From Lachnospiraceae bacterium (GTDB lineage Bacteria > Bacillota > Clostridia > Lachnospirales > Lachnospiraceae): DNA of 64,000 nt. The stretch is taken from the NCBI GenBank assembly GCA_017455525.1, contig JAFTAP010000029.1, positions 3,994 through 67,993 of the forward strand. The letters are read 5' to 3'. A program made the translations under genes and the position numbers. Below, piece by piece: positions 18,910 through 27,502 of the stretch. The notes under the pieces are model-generated. The model made no database searches, had not been told where the DNA came from, and was given only the letters and a program-made list of their open reading frames with translations. Within the stretch, counting starts at the first letter, position 1. Each line of letters opens with the position of its first letter.

Positions 18910-19051
18910 TGACAAAACTAAAATCTTACAGCTTAATACATTTCTGCATTTCAATGGAATTTTTTAAATCAGGGGGTTCAGTCTGGGGGCGAACCGTCCG
19001 ATAATATAGAAGTAGGAGTATTAATTTTATATTACGAAAGGAGGAAATGAA

Positions 19052-20671
19052 TTGACAACCCCTAATGTGAATGCGCAGGCGATGATGCCTGTAGGGGGAC
19101 AGGAAATTACTTCAGGCAAGGCAAAGGGTGACAGAGAAGATCAAAGCTTCATGGATGTGCTGAGCATAGCGGACAGTGCAGCGAGGGTGAAGGTACCGGA
19201 GCAGAAGATGGACGCAGGAGTGACGAAGAGCCAGAGCAAGGCGCCGAAAGAAATGAAGCAGGCTGAGCAGCCTAAGGAAACGAAGCAGGCAGAGTCTAAG
19301 GATGTGAAAAAGGACACATCAAAGGATGATGACAAGAACGTACGGGATGCATCCAAAACCGAGAAGACAGAGAAGAAAGACAATACCGCAGACGACAAGG
19401 TAAAGGATGATGCCAAGATAAACGAAGCTGCGGAGGATGTGAAGGATGCGATAAAGGACGAACTTGATATCACTGACGAAGAACTCAATCAGGTTATGGA
19501 GACCTTGGGACTTACGAATGCAGACCTGCTTGATCCGAAAGTTATGGCGGACATAGTCGCAGAGGTTAAGGACGTGACGCCGGTAGACATCGTATCAGAT
19601 GAAGCCCTGACAGAGACAGTCACCAACCTGCAGGGAACAGTAAGGGAGATCACATCAGAGCTCATACAGGAGATGGATATCACCCCGGAGGAATTTAAGA
19701 ACACACTTGCCAAATTAAAAAATGAATACGAAGTAGTTTCTCCTGAACCCGAAATTGGATCAGAGGCAGAGATGCCTACAGGAATCAAGGAGAACACGAA
19801 GGATTTTAGCGAAGTCTTAAGAGACAGCGACGAGATCCCAAGAAGCCCGGAACAAGCGGTAAGGACCCCAGCGGAAGCCGTAAGAGAAGAAGAGCCGGCA
19901 CCTGATAGGACCGAGAGGATATCAGATGAAGGTAAGGGCAGACAGGAAGAGGTCAGTCTCAATGTCACAGTGAAGGATGAAGCAAAGCCCTCTAACCAGC
20001 AGGAAGCAGGAGACGGTGCAGGAACTTCACAGGATGACATCCTAAGATCCACAGGCAGGGCAATACACATGGAAGCCCGTGCCGAGACAGCAGTAAACAA
20101 TGAGAACATATTCTTCCAGAATCTTAATACGGCAGTAGAAGAGACTCTGGAGGCGGCGGCAGCGACAGAGACGACGCCCACTACCACGATGGTAGATGCA
20201 ATGGATCTTATCAATCAGATCCAGGGACAGATAAGGGCAGTCGTTGACAGCGAGACGCAGAGCCTTTCGATGCAGCTTCACCCACAGAGCCTGGGCAGAC
20301 TAAACGTTGAGCTCGTAGCTAAAGCAGGACAGCTCACGGCACAGTTTGAAGCAGAGAACGCATCAGTGAAGGCAGCACTTGAAACCCGCATAGTAGAGCT
20401 TCGGGAAGCTTTAGAGCAGAGAGGAGTCAGGGTTGAGAGCGTGGAAGTTACCGTAGCAAGCCATGAGTTCGAGCAGAACCTCATGGGAGGCGAGCAGTCA
20501 GGGCAGGCATCCGGGGAATCAGATGGAAGACCTAGGAGCAGAACCCGGAGCATAAACTTAAATGGCCTTGAAGGACTCGATGGTATAGATGGGGAAGATA
20601 TCACCGAGGAAGAGAGGATAACCCGCGACATGATGGCAGCTAACGGAAACTCGGTAGACTACACGGCGTAA
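19052..20671 (+). CDS. fliK: Flagellar hook-length control protein FliK.
   Basis: Long acidic/Lys-rich disordered N-terminal part. C-terminal Flg_hook domain LHPQSLGRLNVELV...AQFEAENASVKAALE. TTG start 7 nt after AGGAGG. Confidence 0.85.
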   Translation: MTTPNVNAQAMMPVGGQEITSGKAKGDREDQSFMDVLSIADSAARVKVPEQKMDAGVTKSQSKAPKEMKQAEQPKETKQAESKDVKKDTSKDDDKNVRDASKTEKTEKKDNTADDKVKDDAKINEAAEDVKDAIKDELDITDEELNQVMETLGLTNADLLDPKVMADIVAEVKDVTPVDIVSDEALTETVTNLQGTVREITSELIQEMDITPEEFKNTLAKLKNEYEVVSPEPEIGSEAEMPTGIKENTKDFSEVLRDSDEIPRSPEQAVRTPAEAVREEEPAPDRTERISDEGKGRQEEVSLNVTVKDEAKPSNQQEAGDGAGTSQDDILRSTGRAIHMEARAETAVNNENIFFQNLNTAVEETLEAAAATETTPTTTMVDAMDLINQIQGQIRAVVDSETQSLSMQLHPQSLGRLNVELVAKAGQLTAQFEAENASVKAALETRIVELREALEQRGVRVESVEVTVASHEFEQNLMGGEQSGQASGESDGRPRSRTRSINLNGLEGLDGIDGEDITEEERITRDMMAANGNSVDYTA

Positions 20672-20688
20672 AGCGAAGGAGATATGAT

Positions 20689-21531
20689 ATGGCAGTAGAT
20701 GCTTCGATTTTAGAGGGTAAGATAACCAATACCGCATACAAGACAGAGGCGCAGAAGAAGGAAGAGAAGATAAAAGAGGGCAATAACGACCTCGACAAGC
20801 AGGCGTTCCTTAAGCTCTTAGTTGCACAGATGAAGTATCAGGATCCTATGCAGCCTACGGAAAACACGGAGTACGTATCACAGCTTGCACAGTTCTCATC
20901 CCTTGAGGCGATGAATAACGTAAGCCAGAGCGTGGACCTCCAGAGAGCTACGGGGCTTATAGGAAAGGTGGTCACGGCTTCGATCTCTGATTCGGTGACG
21001 GGAGTAGCGACAGAGAAGACAGGCTCGGTGCAGTTCGTATCACAGTCAGGCAATAAGACCTATCTCACGATAGACGGTGAGCAGTACGAATTAGACGATG
21101 TCTCAAAGGTATGGGATGATGCGTATGCTACGGCTTACAACCTTTCTGATTCATGGTCGAAGGCGCTTGCGAACCTTCCCAATGCGGCGTTCATTACATC
21201 GACTAATAAGGATGCATATCAGACTCAGGTATCAGCGGCTTATGCTTCATACATGAGCATGGACGATTATACGAGGAGCTTTATATCTGACGAAGATAAG
21301 GAAAAGCTCGGAGCGCTCGTGGCTCAGTACAAGATGCTCGGAGTCGATATAGACGGAAGTCAGGCAGCGGCTGCGGCGGCACAGGCGTCATCATCCGGGG
21401 AAGAAGAGGATGAGACAGCAGAAGAGACCGTAAATACAGTCACAGCCACGGGGGATACAAGCGAGGCAACGGATGATGTCACGGAGACTGTGCTGAACGC
21501 ACTTCTTAGCGACACGGATGAGGATTCATAA
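20689..21531 (+). CDS. flgD: Flagellar hook capping/assembly protein FlgD.
   Basis: DKQAFLKLLVAQMKYQDPMQP motif. Confidence 0.9.
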   Translation: MAVDASILEGKITNTAYKTEAQKKEEKIKEGNNDLDKQAFLKLLVAQMKYQDPMQPTENTEYVSQLAQFSSLEAMNNVSQSVDLQRATGLIGKVVTASISDSVTGVATEKTGSVQFVSQSGNKTYLTIDGEQYELDDVSKVWDDAYATAYNLSDSWSKALANLPNAAFITSTNKDAYQTQVSAAYASYMSMDDYTRSFISDEDKEKLGALVAQYKMLGVDIDGSQAAAAAAQASSSGEEEDETAEETVNTVTATGDTSEATDDVTETVLNALLSDTDEDS

Positions 21532-21556
21532 TCAGCTCAAGGACGAGGTGGATGTT

Positions 21557-21961
21557 ATGAAGGTAAATGGCAACGGAATTTCATTAGAGCAGGCGGCTGC
21601 GGCATATCTTCAGGGAGCACCTGAGGTAAAGCAGGGCAGACAGACCATAGATGGCAAGAGCTTCGCTGAGATACTTAACCAGAAGGGTGAGGAGCTATAC
21701 GGAAAGGTCAATGTCAGGTTCTCAAAACATGCGGCAGAGAGGCTTTTTGACAGGCATATAGAGCTCTCCGACGACCAGCTTGAGCGTCTTACCAAGGGCA
21801 CGGAGGAAGCAGGGAATAAGGGAATAGATTCATCCCTCGTCATGGTAGACGATCTCGCCTTCATCGTGAACACAGGGAGCAAGACGGTAGTCACGGCCAT
21901 GGACCCTGCTAATAATGATAAGAATATTTTCACGAATATAGATGGCGCAGTAATTGCCTGA
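21557..21961 (+). CDS. Small flagellar operon protein found between flgD and flgE in Clostridia (TIGR02530-like).
   Basis: Position and size. I prefer the ATG at 21557 (GAGGTGG upstream) to the ATG at 21518. Confidence 0.6.
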   Translation: MKVNGNGISLEQAAAAYLQGAPEVKQGRQTIDGKSFAEILNQKGEELYGKVNVRFSKHAAERLFDRHIELSDDQLERLTKGTEEAGNKGIDSSLVMVDDLAFIVNTGSKTVVTAMDPANNDKNIFTNIDGAVIA

Positions 21962-22020
21962 ATGTAGTATAATAATAACAACCAGTAGGTTTATTGTAAA
22001 AGGAAAGAGGTAAATGCCTT

Positions 22021-23604
22021 ATGATGAGATCACTTTTTTCTGGAGTTGCAGGTCTTAGGACGCATCAGACCAGAATGGACGTAATAGGTAACAACATAGC
22101 AAACGTCAACACCGTAGCATTCAAAGCAAATTCGATGACCTTCCAGGATCTTCTGTATCAGACGACGCAGAACGCATCCGGAGCTAATGCGGCTACAGGC
22201 CGTGCAGGTATCAATGCGAAGCAGATAGGTCTCGGTGTTGCGACAGGCTCCATAGCAACTAAGATCACGACTCCCGGCTCCGCACAGAACACGGGAAGCC
22301 CGTTCGATATCCGTATCACAGGAGATTCCTTCTTTGTAGTATCAGACGGTGGAAACCAGTATTACACGAGAGCGGGCGCATTCAACGTCGATGCGAACGG
22401 AACCCTCTGCATGGCTACCAACGGCTATACCGTAATGGGCTATGGCACGACGACGAATGCTACGACAGGAGAGCTTGTCATAAATACCGCAGCCCTTACG
22501 TCACTCGATGTAATGAGCGATGAGAACCTCACATCACCACCCATTGCGACTACGGATGCTTATACTGTCGGGATACTGGATAAGAATTCAGATGCACTAT
22601 CGACAACCGCAGGTCAGATGATGTCTATACCTTTCTATGATAATTTGGGATATAGCTATACTGCACAGTTTAAGATTGAAAAGGCTAAAGGAGCTACCGG
22701 AGCTGATAATGGTCAGTATAAGATGACCATGACGGATATAGTTGATAAAGATGGTAAATCTATTTTGCTTGAGCTGCCGGAAGGTCAGACTGAATTACAA
22801 GAGATGACAAGTGCTAAAAAGCTTGAAGTCTTAAAAGCTGCAAACGTTTTCAGCTCGGGTGGAACAGCCTCCGGAAATGTGGCTTATCTTACATTTGATA
22901 CATTTGAGACGCCTGCTACAGAGAAGCCTTCAGGTAAGATACTATCTGTTAGTGTCGGAGAAACCGCACCTACCGATGTAGCAAGGACTCAGGCGAAGAC
23001 AAAGGAAAACGGGACGGAGATGGTCGGTCTTACCTTAAACCTTGATGCGTTGGCAAATGCTCTTCCTGACCAATTAAAAACTGCAGGGGGTCCGGTGCCT
23101 AATGGGTTCAGAGGAATGATTGATAATGGAACTCAAAAGGGAATAGCTATAAACTTTGAGGAAATGCAGAATATTGATAATAAAGGGTCGTCTACCGTAA
23201 ATGGTAAGAAGGGACAGATTACATCTGATGCCGGTGCTGGATGTGCGGTTGGCGAGATGTCATCCATCTCAATAGGACAGGACGGTAAGATAACCGCTTC
23301 TTACACGAACGGTCAGACAAAGCTTCTCGGTCAGATAGCTACGGCTACTTTCGCCAATGCGTCAGGACTTGAGAAGACGGGAGACAACCTCTATTCCGTG
23401 ACGCTTAACTCCGGTGAGGCAGTCATTGGCGATATCACCGCAAACGGCGGCTCGATGACGACAGGAGAGCTTGAGATGTCAAACGTTGACCTCTCCGACG
23501 AGTTCACGACCATGATAACGACGCAGAGAGGCTTCCAGGCGAACTCCCGTATAATCACAGTCTCCGACTCCATGCTGGAGGAGCTGGTCAACCTGAAGAG
23601 ATAA
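22021..23604 (+). CDS. flgE: Flagellar hook protein FlgE.
   Basis: N-terminal SGVAGLRTHQTRMDVIGNNIANVNT and C-terminal TTQRGFQANSRIITVSD...L. Confidence 0.95.
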   Translation: MMRSLFSGVAGLRTHQTRMDVIGNNIANVNTVAFKANSMTFQDLLYQTTQNASGANAATGRAGINAKQIGLGVATGSIATKITTPGSAQNTGSPFDIRITGDSFFVVSDGGNQYYTRAGAFNVDANGTLCMATNGYTVMGYGTTTNATTGELVINTAALTSLDVMSDENLTSPPIATTDAYTVGILDKNSDALSTTAGQMMSIPFYDNLGYSYTAQFKIEKAKGATGADNGQYKMTMTDIVDKDGKSILLELPEGQTELQEMTSAKKLEVLKAANVFSSGGTASGNVAYLTFDTFETPATEKPSGKILSVSVGETAPTDVARTQAKTKENGTEMVGLTLNLDALANALPDQLKTAGGPVPNGFRGMIDNGTQKGIAINFEEMQNIDNKGSSTVNGKKGQITSDAGAGCAVGEMSSISIGQDGKITASYTNGQTKLLGQIATATFANASGLEKTGDNLYSVTLNSGEAVIGDITANGGSMTTGELEMSNVDLSDEFTTMITTQRGFQANSRIITVSDSMLEELVNLKR

Positions 23605-23680
23605 TATTTGACATCATTTTATAAATAGCTTACATTATTTATGTCGAAAGACACAAGATGTGAAATAGAACATTGTTCAA

Positions 23681-23725
23681 GCGAAAGCCCCCGGTCAGCA
23701 CACCGGGGGCTTTCTCGCTTTTGTG
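23681..23725 (+). terminator. Rho-independent terminator immediately downstream of flgE.
   Basis: Perfect 12-bp GC-rich stem AAAGCCCCCGGT / ACCGGGGGCTTT with loop CAGCAC, followed by CTCGCTTTTGTG. Confidence 0.7.
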
Positions 23726-23777
23726 TGGATTTTATTTTATGTAAGTGTTAATATATACATTAGGGGGGTAAAAGCTA

Positions 23778-23933
23778 GTGACTAACAACGAAAAAGTCAA
23801 TTTAGTTGAAGGACTTCGTGCAATAGATTTTTCTGATGCCCAGATTAATGATTTCATATTAATGCTTGCTGGGAGAATTTCTATTGCTGAATGGAAAGAC
23901 AGGTACGAAAAGGAACAAGAAAAAAATTCTTGA
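23778..23933 (+). CDS. Orphan small ORF (51 aa) of unknown function. It may not be expressed.
   Basis: GTG start 9 nt after AGGGGGG. Translation VTNNEKVNLVEGLRAIDFSDAQINDFILMLAGRISIAEWKDRYEKEQEKNS. The stretch is low in GC. It is below the length cutoff of the ORF track. I recognise no family. Confidence 0.3.
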   Translation: MTNNEKVNLVEGLRAIDFSDAQINDFILMLAGRISIAEWKDRYEKEQEKNS

Positions 23934-23950
23934 ATGTGATATAGTAGGTC

Positions 23951-24121
23951 ATGCTTTTAGAACTGACTAAGCTTAATGACGACAAGGTGCTGGTGAACTC
24001 TGAGCTTATTGAGGTGGTCGAGACTACGCCGGATACCGTCGTCACCCTTAACACGGGAAGAAAAATAATTGTAAAGGAAAGTAGACAAGAGATTAGAAAT
24101 TTAGTAAACTTGAAAAGCTAG
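23951..24121 (+). CDS. flbD: Flagellar protein FlbD.
   Basis: 56-aa ORF not in the supplied track: MLLELTKLNDDKVLVNSELIEVVETTPDTVVTLNTGRKIIVKES. It matches the FlbD pattern (LTxLNG...ETTPDTVITL..G.K..VKES) and sits in the usual position before motA. Confidence 0.8.
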   Translation: MLLELTKLNDDKVLVNSELIEVVETTPDTVVTLNTGRKIIVKESRQEIRNLVNLKS

Positions 24122-24175
24122 GTTTACGAGATTGTTTTTTGCGTTTAAATATATTGTAACAGAAGGTGAAGTAAA

Positions 24176-24979
24176 TTGGATTTAGGCTCGTTAATTGGAC
24201 TTGTAGGGTGTATTGCCCTTGTTTTCTATGGTATCGTCGGATCGAACGGTATGACGGCGCTGCAGAGCTTCATAGACAGAGACTCTATCATCATAACTAT
24301 CGGCGGTACGATGATGTGTATCCTTGCCATGAACACGATACCGACATTCCTTGCGGGGCTTAAATCCTTTACACAGGTTCTTAAGCTTGAAGCTGGAGAT
24401 TCCGGCGCAGTCATAAAGCAGATCATAGACCTGTCTAACGTGGCAAGAAAGGAAGGACTGCTCTCGCTTGAGGAAGCGGCAGGTAATATAGAGGATGAAT
24501 TCTTAAAGAAAGGCATCATGCTTGTAGTCGACGGTACCGATCCCGATCTCGTCAGAGCTATCATGGAGACCGAGATGACGGGTATAGAGGGCAGGCATAA
24601 GGATAACGCTTCCTTCTGGGAGGACATGGGCTCGATGGGACCTGCGTGGGGAATGATAGGAACGCTGATCGGACTTATAAACATGCTTAAGAATCTGTCG
24701 GATATGGCAGCCTTGGGACCAGCTATGGCCGTGGCTCTCGTTACGACATTCTACGGTTCGCTTATCGCTAACTGGATATGCGCGCCTGTTGCTAATAAAT
24801 TAAAGAAGAAGAACGCTTCCGAGATGGCGGTAAAGGGAATAATGGTCGAGGGACTTCTTTCCATACAGGCAGGAGAGAACCCTAGAGTAATAGAAGAGAA
24901 GCTTAAGTCATTCATCTCACCTGCTGAGAGAGCTGCCATAGCAACTGATGAAGGCGGCGGTGGCGGAGGAGAAGGCTAA
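24176..24979 (+). CDS. motA: Flagellar motor stator protein MotA.
   Basis: MotA/TolQ/ExbB channel motifs (GPAWGMIGTLIGL, AVALVTTFYG). TTG start with GAAGGTGA. Confidence 0.9.
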   Translation: MDLGSLIGLVGCIALVFYGIVGSNGMTALQSFIDRDSIIITIGGTMMCILAMNTIPTFLAGLKSFTQVLKLEAGDSGAVIKQIIDLSNVARKEGLLSLEEAAGNIEDEFLKKGIMLVVDGTDPDLVRAIMETEMTGIEGRHKDNASFWEDMGSMGPAWGMIGTLIGLINMLKNLSDMAALGPAMAVALVTTFYGSLIANWICAPVANKLKKKNASEMAVKGIMVEGLLSIQAGENPRVIEEKLKSFISPAERAAIATDEGGGGGGEG

Positions 24980-25932
24980 TGGCAAGGCAGGCACCACCTG
25001 AAGAGCCGCCGAAGGGCGCACCGGCGTGGCAATCGACCTTTGCAGACCTTATGAATCTGCTGCTTTGCTTCTTCGTGCTTCTGTATGCATTCTCAAGCAC
25101 GGACGTGGATAAGTTCGAGGCAATAGCGGCATCGATGTCTAAGGCTTTTTCGATATTCGACCCCGGCGGGGAGTCCGTGGGTGAAGGAGACGCTATAGGA
25201 AACGGAGTGTCGCAGCTGTCGAACGTGTCGGAGATGGTTACATCCATGGGTAAGAATACCACTGGGAACTCCGACAATAAGGACTACAACGAGGAAGGCA
25301 TGGGAGAGGAGACCTTTGAATCAAAGGATAACTCCAAGGAAGACCTCGCCGAGGGAGACGAGAAGGGACAGGCGTCCGATAACAGCGACAAACAGCAGAA
25401 TAAAGACCAGAATAAGGATATTTCCGACGCCGAGGCGAAGCAGCAGCTTGAAGAGTCGGGCATGAAGGAATCCGAGGAGCTTGCCGAACGGATAGAAGAG
25501 TCCGTTAATGAAGAAGATCTGTCGAAACAGATTGATATAGACTTCACGAGTCAGTATGTGAGTCTTACCATGAATGGCTCGTTGTTATTTGACTCAGGAA
25601 GTGCTACAATAAAAGACAGTGCTGAAGTGACCTTAGAGAAGGTGGCGAAGATACTTGAAGCCTACGCAGGAGGCACTATTGAGATAGAGGGACATACTGA
25701 CAACGTGCCCATTAATACGGCGCAGTTCAAGAATAATGACGAGCTGTCCGATGCGAGGGCTCTTAGCGTCTTTGAGTATTTCAGGGACAATGCGGAACTC
25801 GACCCCGCCATGATAAAGCATACGGGAAGAGGCGCATATGTTCCTATTGCCGATAATGGCACTCCTGAGGGGAGACAGCTTAACCGGCGAGTGGAGATAA
25901 GGATATATAATCAGCTTAGCGATGTGTCCTGA
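24979..25932 (+). CDS. motB: Flagellar motor stator protein MotB (OmpA-like), with a long acidic linker.
   Basis: N-terminal AWQSTFADLMNLLLCFF plug/TM region. C-terminal OmpA domain IEGHTDNVP...ELSDARALSV...NRRVEI. Confidence 0.9.
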   Translation: MARQAPPEEPPKGAPAWQSTFADLMNLLLCFFVLLYAFSSTDVDKFEAIAASMSKAFSIFDPGGESVGEGDAIGNGVSQLSNVSEMVTSMGKNTTGNSDNKDYNEEGMGEETFESKDNSKEDLAEGDEKGQASDNSDKQQNKDQNKDISDAEAKQQLEESGMKESEELAERIEESVNEEDLSKQIDIDFTSQYVSLTMNGSLLFDSGSATIKDSAEVTLEKVAKILEAYAGGTIEIEGHTDNVPINTAQFKNNDELSDARALSVFEYFRDNAELDPAMIKHTGRGAYVPIADNGTPEGRQLNRRVEIRIYNQLSDVS

Positions 25933-25951
25933 GCGGTAAAGGAGTTTTGCT

Positions 25952-26485
25952 GTGAAGAAGAATATGATAAGCATCATAATAATGGCGCTTCTTGTCGTGA
26001 ATATAGCTATGACGGCGATAATGATGTTTTCCGTTATACCTGCCAATAAGAAGTCGATAGCTCTCGTGGATCAGGTTGCGAGCGCTATAAAGCTTGATAC
26101 TGCCGGGACGTCGCCGGAGGGGGCGGTTAATGGAAATTCAAGAGGCGTGTCGCTTGCGGATACCGCTACTGCGACTATTGAGGAGCAGCAGACCTTCCAG
26201 CTTAAGAAGGGCGAGGACGGGGACGACCATTATGTCGTATGCACGGTGGCGATACTTATGGATTCTACGGCTGAAGACTATGCAACCTATGGCGCTGACA
26301 TCTTAGAGAGCAGGCAGTCGCTTATACTTAATGCTTTGTCAGAGACTATAGGACAGTATACCTATGAGGATGTTCAGGCTTTGGGACAGTCGGGGTTGCA
26401 GGATGCCTGCTTAGAGAGGCTTCAGGAGCTTTTTGGCTCGACGTTCATCTATCAGGTGGCATTCAGCGGATATATCGTGCAGTAA
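25952..26485 (+). CDS. fliL: Flagellar basal body-associated protein FliL.
   Basis: Single N-terminal TM segment. Size and position between motB and fliM. Confidence 0.7.
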   Translation: MKKNMISIIIMALLVVNIAMTAIMMFSVIPANKKSIALVDQVASAIKLDTAGTSPEGAVNGNSRGVSLADTATATIEEQQTFQLKKGEDGDDHYVVCTVAILMDSTAEDYATYGADILESRQSLILNALSETIGQYTYEDVQALGQSGLQDACLERLQELFGSTFIYQVAFSGYIVQ

Positions 26486-26515
26486 GGCATTACATTGAAA
26501 GGGGCAGATTAGGGT

Positions 26516-27499
26516 ATGGGAGACGTCCTGTCCCAGGATGAAATAGATAATCTCTTAAAGGCTCTTTCTACAGGAGAGATAGATGCCGAGGAGATGAAGG
26601 AGGATGCAGGCAAGTCCGTAAAGGAGTATGACTTCAAGAGACCCGCTAAGTTCTCCAAGGAGCATCTTAGGACGCTTGAGATAATCTTCGAGCATTACGG
26701 GAGGCTTGTATCTACTAACCTGCCGGTATACTTGCGAAAAAGCTGTCAGGTCAGCGTCGTGAACTCGGAAGCCTTAACCTTTTCGGAGTTTACCAACTCG
26801 CTGGCAAACCCGGTCATACTGGGGATAGTGAGCTTCCAGCCGTTAAGCGGCAATATAATGGTCGAGCTTGGCTCTAACCTCGGGTTTGCGATGGTAGACA
26901 GGCTTCTCGGAGGACAAGGGGATGCCCTTGAGAAAAGCAGGGAGTTTTCCGAGATTGAAATGTCCCTCGTGGAGAAGATGATGGCCGTGTGCATATCGCT
27001 TCTTCGGGAACCTTGGAAGAACGTGCTGGATCTTAATCCGGTGCTTGAGCGGGTGGAGACCAATCCGCAGTTTGCTCAGATCATTGCTCCTACGGAGATG
27101 ATAGCGATAGTGACGCTTAATATCAGGATAGGCGACGTGGAAGGGCTTATGAATGTATGCTTGCCTTATTTCACATTAGAGTCTATCATGGATAAGCTGA
27201 ATACTAAGTTCTGGTTCTCGACGATGCAGGATGCTTCGGATGAGGATTATACGGAGCATATGCAGGATATGATACAGCATGTGAGCGTGCCTATCATAGC
27301 GAAGCTCGGAGAGAGCTCGATCACGGTAACGGATTTCGTGAACCTGCAGATCGGAGATGTGATAAGGCTTTCATCCAAGGTGGATGAGGAGATGGATATA
27401 TTCGTGGGGAATATAAGGAAGTTCAAGGCCCTGCCCGGAGCGACCAAGAAGTCGTATGCCGTCAGGGTGACAGAGATAATCAGAGAGGAGGAGGAATAG
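26516..27499 (+). CDS. fliM: Flagellar motor switch protein FliM.
   Basis: N-terminal CheY-P binding peptide LSQDEIDNLL. FliM middle domain and SpoA-like C-terminus. Confidence 0.92.
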   Translation: MGDVLSQDEIDNLLKALSTGEIDAEEMKEDAGKSVKEYDFKRPAKFSKEHLRTLEIIFEHYGRLVSTNLPVYLRKSCQVSVVNSEALTFSEFTNSLANPVILGIVSFQPLSGNIMVELGSNLGFAMVDRLLGGQGDALEKSREFSEIEMSLVEKMMAVCISLLREPWKNVLDLNPVLERVETNPQFAQIIAPTEMIAIVTLNIRIGDVEGLMNVCLPYFTLESIMDKLNTKFWFSTMQDASDEDYTEHMQDMIQHVSVPIIAKLGESSITVTDFVNLQIGDVIRLSSKVDEEMDIFVGNIRKFKALPGATKKSYAVRVTEIIREEEE

Positions 27500-27502
27500 G
27501 CT

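Noticed and set aside
19489-20214. 241-aa Ser-rich minus-strand ORF. Similar antisense ORFs occur at 5272..5898, 27371..27967, 37340..37951, 41968..42531, 48385..48912 and 55295..55813.
   Set aside because: All lie fully inside well-supported + strand genes, have low-complexity Ser/Leu/Arg-biased translations, and lack start-site signals. They are artefacts of codon bias on the opposite strand.
23641-23754. 37-codon Cys-rich ORF (MSKDTRCEIEHCSS...) running through the flgE terminator.
   Set aside because: It has no SD, and it reads straight through the terminator hairpin and T-run. The sequence is better explained as non-coding.
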